From Octopus bimaculoides (taxonomy: Eukaryota): a stretch of DNA of 38,951 nt. The position numbers and the translations under genes are program-made. The notes beneath the pieces were generated by a model, which ran no database searches, had not been told where the DNA came from, and was given only the letters and a program-made list of their open reading frames with translations. The stretch lies in contig NC_068991.1 in NCBI RefSeq assembly GCF_001194135.2, forward strand, positions 38,452,338 through 38,491,288. Reading direction: 5' to 3'. Position 1 is the first letter of the stretch. The number at the start of each line of letters is the position of its first letter. Shown piece after piece: positions 23,285 through 35,603 of the stretch.

Positions 23285-23647
23285 TTTTTTTAGCTTGTTT
23301 CAGTCATTGGACAGCGGTCATGCTGAGGCACCGCCTAGCTGGGTTTGAATCAAACAAATCGACTCCAGCAGTTATTTTTGAAGTCTGATACTTATCCTGA
23401 CGATAAGTATCAGACTTTTGTGGAACCTCTAAGTCACGAGAACGTAAACAAAGCAACACCAGTTGTCAGGTGGCTGGGGAATGTTGCTGTATAGATAGAA
23501 GTTTGCTTCCTACCTACATGTTTCCGGGTTCAGTCTCACTGCGCAACACCATGGGTAAGTTTACTATAGCCCTGAGTCCATCAAAGTCTTGTGAGTGAAT
23601 TTGTTAGACGGAAACTGAAAGAATTCCGTATGTATATGTATGTGTGT

Positions 23648-23722
<75 letters not shown>

Positions 23723-24095
23723 TGTATATATGTATGTGTATATGGGAATGTTGTCCCCCACCACCGCTTGACAATCGGTGTTGGTATGCTTACGACCCTA
23801 TGACTTAATGATTCGGCAAAAAGACTGATGAAATAAGTACTAGGCTTAAAGATAAATGCTAGTGTCGATTCGTCCGACTAAAATTCCCTCAAGGCGGTGT
23901 TCCAGCATGACCGCAATCTAATGACTGAAACAAGTAAAAGATGAACTATGTATATCCGACGGGTTTCCACATAGTTTCCGTCTACCAAATTCACTCATAA
24001 GGCACCGGTCATCTAGGAGCTAGAATAAAAGGCACTTACTGAACCCGAAACTACGTGGTTACAAAGCGAGCTCCTTAAATACACAGCTATGCCTC
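23285..24095 (-). mobile_element. Family C SINE (minus strand) split into tail 23285-23478 and head 23955-24095 by a nested copy
   Basis: Both halves match family C in minus orientation and in the correct order. Confidence 0.75.
23480..23940 (+). mobile_element. Family C SINE (plus strand) with internal (GATA)n
   Basis: TTTCCGGGTTCAGTCTCACTGCG...GACGGAAACTGAAAGAA, (GATA)n at 23647-23720, tail to GACTGAAACAAGTAAAAG. Confidence 0.88.
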
Positions 24096-24449
24096 CGACT
24101 ACGTCTACCTATTATCACAAATTGTTTATTTCGTTAAACGTGTATGTATGTGTCTATGTGTTTGTGTATGTATATGTTTGTGCGCGTGTATGCGTTTCTG
24201 TGTGTATGTAAAAATGGGTCTAGACCAAGTGTCTCACTATGTATCCTTTTCTTGATTAGTAATACCTTAGCATTTTATCACCTATTGGATACTCTGCAAA
24301 CGTTCTGAACAACTGACATGTATAAATAAAGATTCCAGTCATGATGTAAGACACAAATCTCCATACAGAAACTGTCATAAGTTGGTCAATCTTAAAGGAT
24401 TTCGTCATTTTTATATGTTAAAGAGAAAACGCACATCGCCAGTAACGTA

Positions 24450-24700
24450 CGAAGTGGTATCAAAAGGTCCCGGAATAGTTATGCTTAATAAAAAAAATAA
24501 CTTATTTACCGCGTAAATGACAAAAGCTCTTGGGTGCTTACTTAAGGTATACCTGATTTTCACTTAGCACACTTATACAGTGACTTGTTCATCTTAATAC
24601 ACTGTTTCTAAATTCCAATGGTCGAAACCATAGTGATATTCGTGGAGCAGCTGACGATGGAAGTATGTTGCATTGTTGGTATGTCTGTTATTGAATGTGC
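24450..24700 (+). mobile_element. Possible mariner-like terminus
   Basis: TA|CGAAGTGGTATCAAAAGGTCCCGGAA resembles mariner TIRs and the 21767 terminus. The right boundary is uncertain. Confidence 0.4.
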
Positions 24701-24710
24701 GGAATAGATT

Positions 24711-24753
<43 letters not shown>

Positions 24754-25849
24754 TATTCTTAAACAATGCTAGTTATAAAATGAATTAAACGTTTACTATT
24801 TTTGGAACGATGAAATATTAAAATACATGTTTTTTAAGAGAATTCCAGGTGCAGGAATGAAGTTTTCTGAGTTAGCAATATTTAATCACGCGAACGCGTA
24901 TAGGATTCCTTCGTTGGTTCATCATGCCAGATTTGGTTGCGTGTGGTTGGACGGAAGAGCAACGCACCATTGTTTTTTTGTTTTGTTTTGTTTGTTTTTT
25001 GTTTTGTTTAGTAACTTTAAAATGACAGCAGCAACGGCAAGAACAGCAACAACAAAATATGATAAGCAAATCTCAGTGGATGAAATGTGATGACAAAGAC
25101 GTTAGAAGAAAGATGAAGAGAATAAAGATGAATGAAAACGTTGAGGAGGCTGATAGCGTAAACAGAGAAACAGATGAGTTGCGGAGAAGATTGAATGGAA
25201 AAGAGGCGCGTGTGGTAATAAAGCGGGAGATATCTTTTTAATATTATAATAATCATGTATAAAGAAAAATAAAATAAAAGAGAGTAAGAAAACCGAAAGT
25301 GAAAGTAGGCACTACAACAAAATGGCGTTTTATTTTTTCCTCCGAACAGATGATTAGCAGGCTCTTAGCCAAATGTAAATATAATCGTTTGTGACTATTT
25401 GACGAAGGAGTCAATTGAAACGGGAATTTAAATATTCGCTAAAATCCCCATTAGCATGTGGCTATGAAACGTATGGGGTCAAGCAAAGATCAGCGCTGTA
25501 TAAAAGACTAGGGATAAGAGGAAAGAAAAAATACAAAATAAGCAAACAGAAGCCATATTTTTTTCATTGACTTATCTGTTGTTTGGCATTGTCCCCGTTA
25601 TGGATCTAATAGAAATAAAGAGTCTACAGACGGATCTCTTTAAATATTAACCCTCGGTCATCGAATTTATGCTAAGCCACTTTCCCTTTGTTTCCTGAAT
25701 GTGTTGTGCCATATCCATAGTGTTCACACAGACACTCACTTAACTACAGCTTACGCTTACGCAGACATAACTACGCAAACAGAAATTAGATTATGCAAAC
25801 AAACATATGTATGTCTGCATAAGTACACCACAGATAGGAAAGGAGAAAC

Positions 25850-26040
<191 letters not shown>

Positions 26041-26221
26041 GCAAGGAGTATTTTCTATCTTACACGTTTTTTTTACTGGCCATGTTTCCCTTTATTTAAA
26101 AGAAAAATATAAAGAGCAGAGAGAAAGGTCAGAAAAATTTTGGAGCGAGGAGTATAGAAGCCATACATACATACATACATACATACATACATACATACAT
26201 ACATACATACATACATACATG

Positions 26222-26440
26222 GCAACCATAGATGTTAGCTGCTCTGCAGATGTGAACATCTTTTTCAAAGACAGGAAGAAGGACAATATTTATGAACAAC
26301 TACTCCGAAACCTGCAATGTCTCCTCCCTAATTATAAATTCCCATTCATGTGAATAATGGCTGGTGCATTTGCTTGTGTTAATAAATGATCTAGGAAACT
26401 TAGGATTTTGAAACAAGAAAAGAGACCGGCTAACACCATC
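26222..26440 (+). pseudogene. RLE non-LTR fragment related to 15557-15880, downstream portion
   Basis: IDVSCSADVNIFFKDRKKDNIYEQLLRNLQCLLPNYKF...IMAGAF shares SC.ADVNI with the 15.6-kb fragment. Confidence 0.72.
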
Positions 26441-27492
26441 TTTTCAGATATAATCTGTAATTGGAACGATAAAAATAAGCAAGACTTTTCTAAAGATCGA
26501 TGTGTATCAATTATCGCTGCTGTTATCGAAATTCCTGTAATGAAACTTCTTTTCCTTTGCTTGAAACCAGCTTCTTCCTTTTAGGAAAAATCCTAATAAA
26601 ATAAAAAAGTAAATGCATATACACATACATATATACATAAATACACACTTGCATACGTACATACATACGCACGCACGTACGTACATACATACATACATAA
26701 TTTACAATGTTTAAGCATCTCTCAACATTTTCTTGGGTGAATTTTTCCACTGTCTTTGTCTTTAAATTAATGGTTCTGTAGATGATAGTTTTTTTTTTCG
26801 ATGTTTATCTTAAAGTCCGCGGGCGTTTGAAGATGGACTGTAACGTCCTTTTTACTTAGCATGCTTTTGCATGCAAGTAATTTCTCTTTCGATATATTCA
26901 AAATTCTTTTCCTAGGCTTCAAAGCCTCGGCAAAGTCCGTTGTGGTGGTGGTAGTGGTGGTATCAGTGGTGAGGACAGTGGTTTTGTTAGCAAGGACATT
27001 TGTGTCCTTGTTGNNNNNNNNNNNNNNNNNNNNNNNNNNNNNNNNNNNNNNNNNNNNNNNNNNNNNNNNNNNNNNNNNNNNNNNNNNNNNNNNNNNNNNN
27101 NNNNNNNNNNNNNNNNNNNNNNNNNNNNNNNNNNNNNNNNNNNNNNNNNNNNNNNNNNNNNNNNNNNNNNNNNNNNNNNNNNNNNNNNNNNNNNNNNNNN
27201 NNNNNNNNNNNNNNNNNNNNNNNNNNNNNNNNNNNNNNNNNNNNNNNNNNNNNNNNNNNNNNNNNNNNNNNNNNNNNNNNNNNNNNNNNNNNNNNNNNNN
27301 NNNNNNNNNNNNNNNNNNNNNNNNNNNNNNNNNNNNNNNNNNNNNNNNNNNNNNNNNNNNNNNNNNNNNNNNNNNNNNNNNNNNNNNNNNNNNNNNNNNN
27401 NNNNNNNNNNNNNNNNNNNNNNNNNNNNNNNNNNNNNNNNNNNNNNNNNNNNNNNNNNNNNNNNNNNNNNNNNNNNNNNNNNNNNNNNNNNC

Positions 27493-27525
<33 letters not shown>

Positions 27526-27583
27526 GGCAGGCAGGCAGGCAGACAGACAGACAGACAGACAGACAGATAGATAGATAGATAGT

Positions 27584-27654
<71 letters not shown>

Positions 27655-28216
27655 TTGAATGGATGGATGGATGGATTTTCCATGGAATATTTCCATCATT
27701 TGTTACCGCCCCCCTCTCCATTTACATCAGATAAAGAGGGACAGTAGCCTAAAATATATTTATTAGTCCTCTCTCACATCATCCGTCAGAGCACAGTTGA
27801 AACACTTAGTCTACTTTTAGTGAAGGTCAAGTATTAACCTGACCTTAACAAGTATGGTGTCCGAGGAAACATAGCCACTGTTAAGTAGGTACAACAGTCA
27901 TTCATCTTATTTCCACTAAATGTGATCTTCCAATCTTCACCCTCCCCCATAAAACCAAACATGTGCACACTCTATCTGCCTATTTCTCCCCCCTCTCACT
28001 GTCTATCTATCAGTACATATATGTATATCTATGTGAGTGTAGTATGTGTGTATGTGTGTATGTGATAGCATAAGTCCGAGTGTTAAAACTGTCTATCTCT
28101 GTATCTCTCTCGCTGTCTGTGTGCATAAGTTTCCGTCAATCCTACTCATATATCTGCATTTTCTCCGTATAGCTAACCATCGTATAAATGTGTATGTGTG
28201 CCTATAAGTGTATACA

Positions 28217-28266
<50 letters not shown>

Positions 28267-28269
28267 CAA

Positions 28270-28560
28270 GCGTGGCTGTGTGGTAAGGAGCTTGCTTCCC
28301 AACCACATGGTTACGGGTTCATTCTCACCACGTGACAGCTTGGGTAAGTGTCTTCAACTGTAGCCTCGGGCCAATCAAAGCGTTGTGAGCCCGTCGTATG
28401 TGTGTGTGTGTGTGTGTGTGTGTTTGTGTCCCCTCGTCATCGCTTGACAACCGATGTTGGTGTGTTTATGTCCTCGTAATTAGCGTAATTAGCACCTTTA
28501 ACGTGGTGCTCCAGCATAGCTGCAGTCAATCGACTGATACAAGTAAAAGAATAAAAGAAT
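28270..28560 (+). mobile_element. Family C SINE with internal deletions and internal (GT)n
   Basis: GCGTGGCTGTGTGGTAAGGAGCTTGCTTCCCAACCACATGG...CTTGGGTAAGTGTCTT...CGCTTGACAACCGATG...GTGCTCCAGCAT. Confidence 0.87.
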
Positions 28561-28910
28561 ATATTCGCACACATGTACACACACACCTATATACACATGC
28601 ATTCTCACACAAACATACAGACACGCTAGCATACACATGCGCGTGCGCAAGCACTCTCAAACGTGCATATATGTACACACATACACACACACATACATAC
28701 ATACATACATACATACATACATACATACATACATACATACATACATACATACACATATAACAGATAGTTTTGTATGTTATGTGTCTGTGAATTAACTTCT
28801 TCATTGTTAATCTGTACATGTAACAATAGCAGATAATTTACGAGGGAAGGGCAGGAATGTCACAGCATATTCTTTCCCATCCCACATAAAAAAAATTTTT
28901 TAATTACACC

Positions 28911-29230
28911 GTTCGGTCATGAATGACCATAGGATCGCACCTAGAAAGTCTATCTCCGAGGCACAAGTCCGGGCAAGGTTGTTTGTGGAAGACCAATAGT
29001 CGCCCATGCATACCAGTCACTCTTATCCACGCCACCGATGTTATTAATTCAAAGGAAAGGCAAAGGCTGATACAGCTTTGCACCAGTAACTTTACAACTG
29101 ATTTCTACAGCTGAGTGAACTGGAGCAACGTGAAATAAAGTGTCTTGCTCAAGAACACAACACGCAGCCCGGTTCGGGAATCGAACTCATAGCTTCACGA
29201 TTGTAAGCTCGACGCTCTAACCATGCGCCT
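28911..29230 (-). mobile_element. Family A SINE, full length
   Basis: Reverse complement of 757-1067, including B-box GAGTTCGATTCC. Confidence 0.9.
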
Positions 29231-29242
29231 TCACTCACATAT

Positions 29243-29358
29243 TCTTTTCTACTTTAGGCACAAGGCCCGAAATTTTCGGAGAGGGGGCCAGTCGATTAGA
29301 TCGACCCCAGTACGCAATTGGTACTTAATTTATGGACCCCGAAAGGATGAAAGGCAAA
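29243..29358 (-). mobile_element. Family B SINE, 3' half
   Basis: TTCTTTTCTACTTTAGGCACAAGGCCCGAAATTTT...CCGAAAGGATGAAAGGCAAA. Confidence 0.88.
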
Positions 29359-30433
29359 CATTACACAGTTTTATGCCCAACTGTACTAGTAATATGTTAT
29401 AACATAATAGTGCCAACTAGAAGTTAAATAGGTTTGCAAGACTAATGGGGCGGGGACAATAAAGGAAGTAACTGTATTTAGAAAACTCCAATGTAGAACA
29501 CCGGGAGGTTATATTTACGATGGGCACAGTCGATGCCTTATACAGCCAAAGGGCTGCAAAAAATATCTGGAACGGAATAATGTGTGTTTGTGTGTGTGTG
29601 CGCGCGCATGTATTATACGCAGGGTGAAGGAATTATTAGAGAAAGCATGAAAAGATTTTTAGACAATTAAAATATGAAGTTAAGACGATAACAAAAAATG
29701 TCCACATTTTTGTAGTTTAATTGTAGGGGGAGGATCAGTACCCATGTACCCTATACACAAAATGAAGAAAGGGGGAAGTTATCACAACCGAACAACTAAA
29801 CCGGCTGTTTGTAACAGAGTGGACTCCACTACATTTACCCGAGATGCTGGTGAATTGTTAAACCGAAATACTCGTTCATTTTACTGTCCATTTGAAAAAC
29901 TATTATCAATAGTTATGAAAATTATTGAGGAACTGCGAAAATATTCAGTAAACAGCAGCAGCAACACTAGCCAAGGCGGAAGCAGAATTATAAAACACCT
30001 TCCCTTGGAACTCAGTCCTGTAAGCTAACGACATCGATTTAAGAGTTGTTACTATTTATTATGTACAGCAAGATGTTATTTCTCTAGTACTACCTTTCTT
30101 AGAGCAGGAATCGCACTGTCATTTCAGTAGTATATTATCTTGACCACGGGGCAAAACACTGTAACTACGGCAGGATAAGAACTGCAGACTTATAAGCTAA
30201 CGGTCAATGCCTTTATCGACACGTCCATCGGCAGCGACACCGGTGGTACATTAGTAAGGTTCAAAGTGAAGAGTTATGCAGTTTCCATTAGCAAATATGC
30301 ATTTTCCCATTAACGACATCAATGCCGTTTCGGTAAACAACTAATAGCACAAAACACATTGCTACTTACATCATATACATGCGTATATAATGTGTGTGTA
30401 CAAATGTATGTATATACATATACATACATAAAA

Positions 30434-30489
<56 letters not shown>

Positions 30490-30789
30490 TCCCAACTTGA
30501 TGCTACATGACAAAATGTAGAGATAAGATCAGTTACTGGTGTGTGGTATTTTTGTTTGTTTTGTGGAGCGGTTCTTGTAATTGAGTAATAAACTTTAATC
30601 TTCTAGCGATGATTACAATAAAGTCTCTCTTTTTTCTTTTTTTCTTCATTGTCTATTCATTTATTTATTAACAAAACATATAATCAAAGGATAGACGTAC
30701 AACTGAACTATAAAAAACAAAATCAAATATAAAAACAAGAATCAGGAGATAGTGATTACAACACATGCATATATCCATATTATATATAT

Positions 30790-30823
<34 letters not shown>

Positions 30824-30994
30824 CACACACATACAAGAACACCTACGCGCGTAAATATATATATTTGGAGACATGTATTTGGAGATCGTAGAGTAAGAAA
30901 TAAAAGATATGCTTAGTGAATGGCCGAAGTTAAAACAAGATCAATCCCCAGTTTCTACTTTATGTTTCTTCATAACTAATATCTTTTGGAAAAA

Positions 30995-31058
30995 AGGCGA
31001 CGACCTGGCAGAAACGTTAGCACACCAGACGAAATGCTTAGCAGTATTTCGTCTGTCT
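30995..31058 (+). mobile_element. Family B SINE head (runs into gap)
   Basis: AAGGCGACGACCTGGCAGAAACGTTAGCACACCAGACGAAATGCTTAGC. Confidence 0.85.
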
Positions 31059-31532
31059 NNNNNNNNNNNNNNNNNNNNNNNNNNNNNNNNNNNNNNNNNN
31101 NNNNNNNNNNNNNNNNNNNNNNNNNNNNNNNNNNNNNNNNNNNNNNNNNNNNNNNNNNNNNNNNNNNNNNNNNNNNNNNNNNNNNNNNNNNNNNNNNNNN
31201 NNNNNNNNNNNNNNNNNNNNNNNNNNNNNNNNNNNNNNNNNNNNNNNNNNNNNNNNNNNNNNNNNNNNNNNNNNNNNNNNNNNNNNNNNNNNNNNNNNNN
31301 NNNNNNNNNNNNNNNNNNNNNNNNNNNNNNNNNNNNNNNNNNNNNNNNNNNNNNNNNNNNNNNNNNNNNNNNNNNNNNNNNNNNNNNNNNNNNNNNNNNN
31401 NNNNNNNNNNNNNNNNNNNNNNNNNNNNNNNNNNNNNNNNNNNNNNNNNNAAGATTTTTGATGTGAAATCGTGTGTTGAAACAGATGTTGTTGTACTTGG
31501 GGATGGTCATATTGCCAGTTTAGCCAATAAAA

Positions 31533-31581
<49 letters not shown>

Positions 31582-31693
31582 ACCTTGTTCGAAAATATAA
31601 GGACACAGATCGTGTCGTATAGCCAGCTGGAGACGATGTCTCCTGGGGCTAAATTACAGCAACATTCGTCCTAAACCACGACTGCCATGTTAT

Positions 31694-32065
31694 GTTGGCA
31701 AAAATCTTTACTCCGGTATTTTGTCTGTCTTTACGTTCAGACTTCAAATTTCATAGTGGTCGACTTTGCCTTTCATCCTTTCGGGGTCAATAAATTAAGT
31801 ACCAGTTGCGTACTGGGATCGATCTAATCGCCTGGCACCTCCCCAAAAATTTCGGACCTTGTGCTTAGATTAGAAAAGAATATTTTCGGGAAATAAGGCG
31901 ATGAGCTTACAGAATCGTTAGCTTGCAGGGGGAAATGCTTAGCTACATTCGGTCCGTCTTAATGTTCTGAATTCAAATTCCACCGTGGTGTGTTTGTCTT
32001 TCATCCTTTCGAAGTCGATAAAATAAATACCAGTCAAGCACTGGAGTCGATGTAATCGAACCAAA
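31694..32065 (+). mobile_element. Two tandem family B SINE copies (31694-31881 and 31895-32065)
   Basis: Both contain TTCAAATT...TTTCATCCTTTCG..GTC.ATAAA..AA.TACCAGT. Confidence 0.85.
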
Positions 32066-32194
32066 TCATTGGACACAGATGTCTGTGACTTTAAGAACTT
32101 TGCCCTGCAATTGCGTGGTCGCTAGTTTAAACCTAATGCACTGCACCTTGAACAAATGACTTTTATCACAACACCGAGTTAAATATTGGTTTTT

Positions 32195-33660
32195 AAACTT
32201 TGGCACAAGGTCGGCAGTTTCGGAGGAGGGAGTAAATCGATTACACGGCCCCAGTGTTCATTTGGTACTAATTTTATCGACCCCGATTTTACTCCTAGTT
32301 AGAGATTGTAAACTAAATTGGGTCGGCGGAACTGTACGGAAGTGCAGCAGGACGAATTGTACTTGTTTTCGGGTATTAGACTTAATCTATCACCCCGCTC
32401 GACACCACCACATAACCTTTGAGTAGCAGAATGTACCCTGTTGTAAACATTTGAACTTGGTTTCTGGTTTGAGAATAATCCATGGGTTGGCCTTCCTTCC
32501 TCTCTTTGTCGAGCCTAAAAGGATTGAAGTCAAAGTCGACCTCGACGGAATTTGAACGTAAAGGCGGATCGCCGCCTTATCAGTAAAATAGGTTTGAATC
32601 AGGTACTGGCATTGATTTTATCAACCTAAATCCTCTCTCAAAATGTGTGAACTTTTGTCTGTTTTAGACTATTTCTTCTGTAAATCTTCGTGGTTAATTT
32701 ACTTTATTCTCAAGATAGAATAGTATTCAATCCAAGAGGAGGGGTGTCTCCCATCCATTTAACTTCACAGAAACCAGAATTGATCATTGGCTTTGCGTGA
32801 GGGGAGATGAAGGAGAAATAGTATTGTTTAAAATCTTTGTCTTTATTCATTTTTATGACAAATATTATGGAGTCTCTATACTCTTCAAAAATGATTCACT
32901 AATTCAGCCAATATATATCAACTTCTCGGATTCGCACAAGGCCATACAGTTGTAAATGGGAATATAGTCGATTGAAGCAGATCTCGTACGTGTTTAGAAC
33001 TGCTTTATTATACCCTAGGCCAAGTGGATCCTGGAGAAAGTTAAACTCGGAATGTAGTGAGGTGAAATATAAACAATATGAAATATATGGGTGAAATTTA
33101 TCATGTTCATTTATTCCTTTTTGACGTCAAAAGCCAAAGATTTAAATATTGATCATTATTATATTACAATCAACAGTGAAAAGCATCCAACATTTCACTG
33201 CTGTTTTGTTTTTGTTTTTACCGTTTCGTCAAGGACAGACGGGTAACGTTTATCTCCCTTTTCCCCCTTCTCCCCCACCTTTTTTAGTGTCTCCGAGACT
33301 GATAGAAGGAAGTGGGGAAATATCGTCAAACTGGATACCTAGTTCGAATTCTTGCAACAAAGTCAATTCCGCTGAAAAACCTAAGGGCTAGGTTCGATGT
33401 CAAACAGGGTGACAGATTAAATCTACCAACTAAAAACTTCAGAACCTAAAGAACTAGGACAAACATCACAAGGCACCTCGTCTCGTTCTAACAATTCTTC
33501 TAATACCCTACCCTGGGGGAGCGGTTACATTTTATTTATTGACCCCGGAAGGAGGAAAGACAAAAGTGACTTCGGTGGGATTTGAACAAGAGTGCAGAGA
33601 GCCGGTGCAAATAATGCAAGTGATTTTTTGTCATATCTCTAACAACTCTGCCAATTCACC
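32195..33660 (-). mobile_element. Dispersed degenerate family B SINE fragments (32195-32285, 32515-32580, 33505-33660)
   Basis: TTGGCACAAGG..., AAAGTCGACCTCGACGGAATTTGAAC, and GACCCCGGAAGG...GGATTTGAAC motifs. Confidence 0.7.
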
Positions 33661-33730
33661 ATCCAGAGTAATAAGTGTTAAGTTTATTTCACTGTTCAGT
33701 TTGCTGTAATAAAGTTCATCAAATTGAGAA

Positions 33731-34030
33731 TCCGTCGGTTACGACGACGAGGGTTCCAGTTGATTCGATCAACAGAACAACCGACTTATTAAATTAATGT
33801 ACAAGTGTTTGAGCACTCCACAGACATGTGTACCCTTAACGTAGTTCTCAGGGAGATCCAGCGTAACACAGAGTGTGACAAGGCTGGGCCTTTAAAATAC
33901 AGGTACTACTCATTTTTGCCAGCTGAGTGAACTGGAGCAACGTGAAATAAAGTGTTTTGATCTCGAACACAACGCGCCGCCAGGAATCGAACTCACAACC
34001 TTTCGATCGTGGGCCAAATACTAAGCCACG
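33731..34030 (-). mobile_element. tRNA-derived SINE with the family A head and a third tail (tail E)
   Basis: B-box GAGTTCGATTCC (~33983-33994, minus), the same AAACACTTTATTTCACGTTGCTCCAGTTCACTCAGCTG block, then AAAATGAGTAGTACCTG...CGTCGTAACCGACGG. Confidence 0.8.
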
Positions 34031-34112
34031 GAGTAGTTACGTCCCTTTTCAGTGGACTTACGGCGGAAGGGAGAGGGAGAGAAAGAAACAGGAGAAAGAA
34101 CGACACAGTATT

Positions 34113-34330
34113 CTTTTCTTTTCTACTCTAGGCACAAGGCCCGAAATTTTGGGGGAGTGGCCAGTCGATTAGATCGACTCCAGTACGCAACTGGTACTTA
34201 ATTTATCGACCTCGAAAGGATGAAAGGCAAAGTCGACCTCGGCGGAATTTGAACTCAGAACGTAAAGATAGGCGAAACACCGCTAAGCATTTCGCCCGGC
34301 GTGCTAACGATTCTGCCAACTCGCCGCCTT
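34113..34330 (-). mobile_element. Family B SINE, full length, with 16-bp target-site duplication
   Basis: AGAACGACACAGTATT at 34097-34112 and 34331-34346 flanks the complete element. Confidence 0.95.
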
Positions 34331-34742
34331 AGAACGACACAGTATTTAGTAAAGATGGGGAGAGATTGATAAATGTATGAATTGAGTAGAGTAGAATAAT
34401 ACGAGGTAGGAACCTTTGGCGTTTATCATATCGGCGCTTACTTTCTTAATGCTGTCCTATTATACAATTATTTCGTTCCTCCGTCTGTTACACTCTTCAG
34501 TCTTTCCTACATTCATTTTATGATTCATTTTATCCAGAGTATTTCAACGAATCTACATTTCAGTTTATCATATTCCACAATCTTACCCACATCTCTTCCA
34601 GCTCAGTTTACCCCTCATTACATTTTTTGCCACTGCTTTTATCCCACTCCTAAATGTAGAATATTCTCAAGCTATTTTACTCGCCATTATATATCCTTGC
34701 TCAATCTAGCTAGCAGCTCAATTTATCCTCCTCCCCATTAAA

Positions 34743-34973
34743 TATCTCTTAGTAAAATCGATAAAATCGATACCGTGGGAAGTGGGAAATTCAACGTTTC
34801 GGACAGTGTTCTTCAGGCAGTTTCTCTAAATTAGAGCATGTCACACTCTGCCGTCTCCCATTAGTTTCTCTCATATCAAATTTTCCTGGAAGAATGACCC
34901 TGTCCGAAGTGTTGGATTTCCCACTCAGCACAGTAAGTTCACTGTATTCTTTTCGTCGATTTTACTAAAGAAT
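34743..34973. repeat. Fold-back with hammerhead-ribozyme-like motifs in both arms (probable PLE pseudo-LTR relic)
   Basis: Inverted blocks 34749-34761/34956-34968, 34781-34790/34916-34925 and 34798-34806/34900-34908. The minus-strand left arm reads CTGAAGA-acactgtcc-GAAA-CGTT. Confidence 0.65.
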
Positions 34974-35300
34974 ACAAGTTTTGCCAATGCAGACCAACAC
35001 CAGTCGCTTTGGTGTTTGTTTGATCAATCTATCTCAATGCTCAGACTATTCTACTTGCTCCTATACATCCCTACTCAATCTATCTAACAGCTCAATATAT
35101 ATCATTTATACCTACAATTCATGCTATCTCACTGCTCCATCTATTTCATCCAATACTCTGTCTTGAGTTTTGCCCAATTTCTATTAATTTGACTGATTTG
35201 TCATCTCCCTTTTTCTTTATTCTACGTTCCTGCATTGTTCAACACTGTACTACGATCTTCCATTTGTTTCTGTGATAGACAGGCAGACAGACTGATAAGC

Positions 35301-35368
<68 letters not shown>

Positions 35369-35549
35369 GTGTTTCTATGTTCAGTTATAATACAAACAAT
35401 TTTACATGAATCTGATGGGTTATTCTATACATTTGTAAAGTACAAATTCATTATTCTTATACAATATTTTTGAGAATGACTTCGAAGTTTCGGCCAGCTA
35501 AACCATTGTCATAGGCAGAAAAAAACGCTGAAATAGAGACAGACAGACT

Positions 35550-35603
<54 letters not shown>

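Noticed and set aside
25315-25330. AAAATGGCG (YY1-like motif)
   Set aside because: A single short motif with no supporting promoter context.
32715-32796. Possible internal exon (TTCTCAAG|...|GTGAGG; reading RIVFNPRGGVSPIHLTSQKPELIIGF)
   Set aside because: No recognisable homology and no partner exons; splice-like motifs are common by chance. RNA-seq would be needed.
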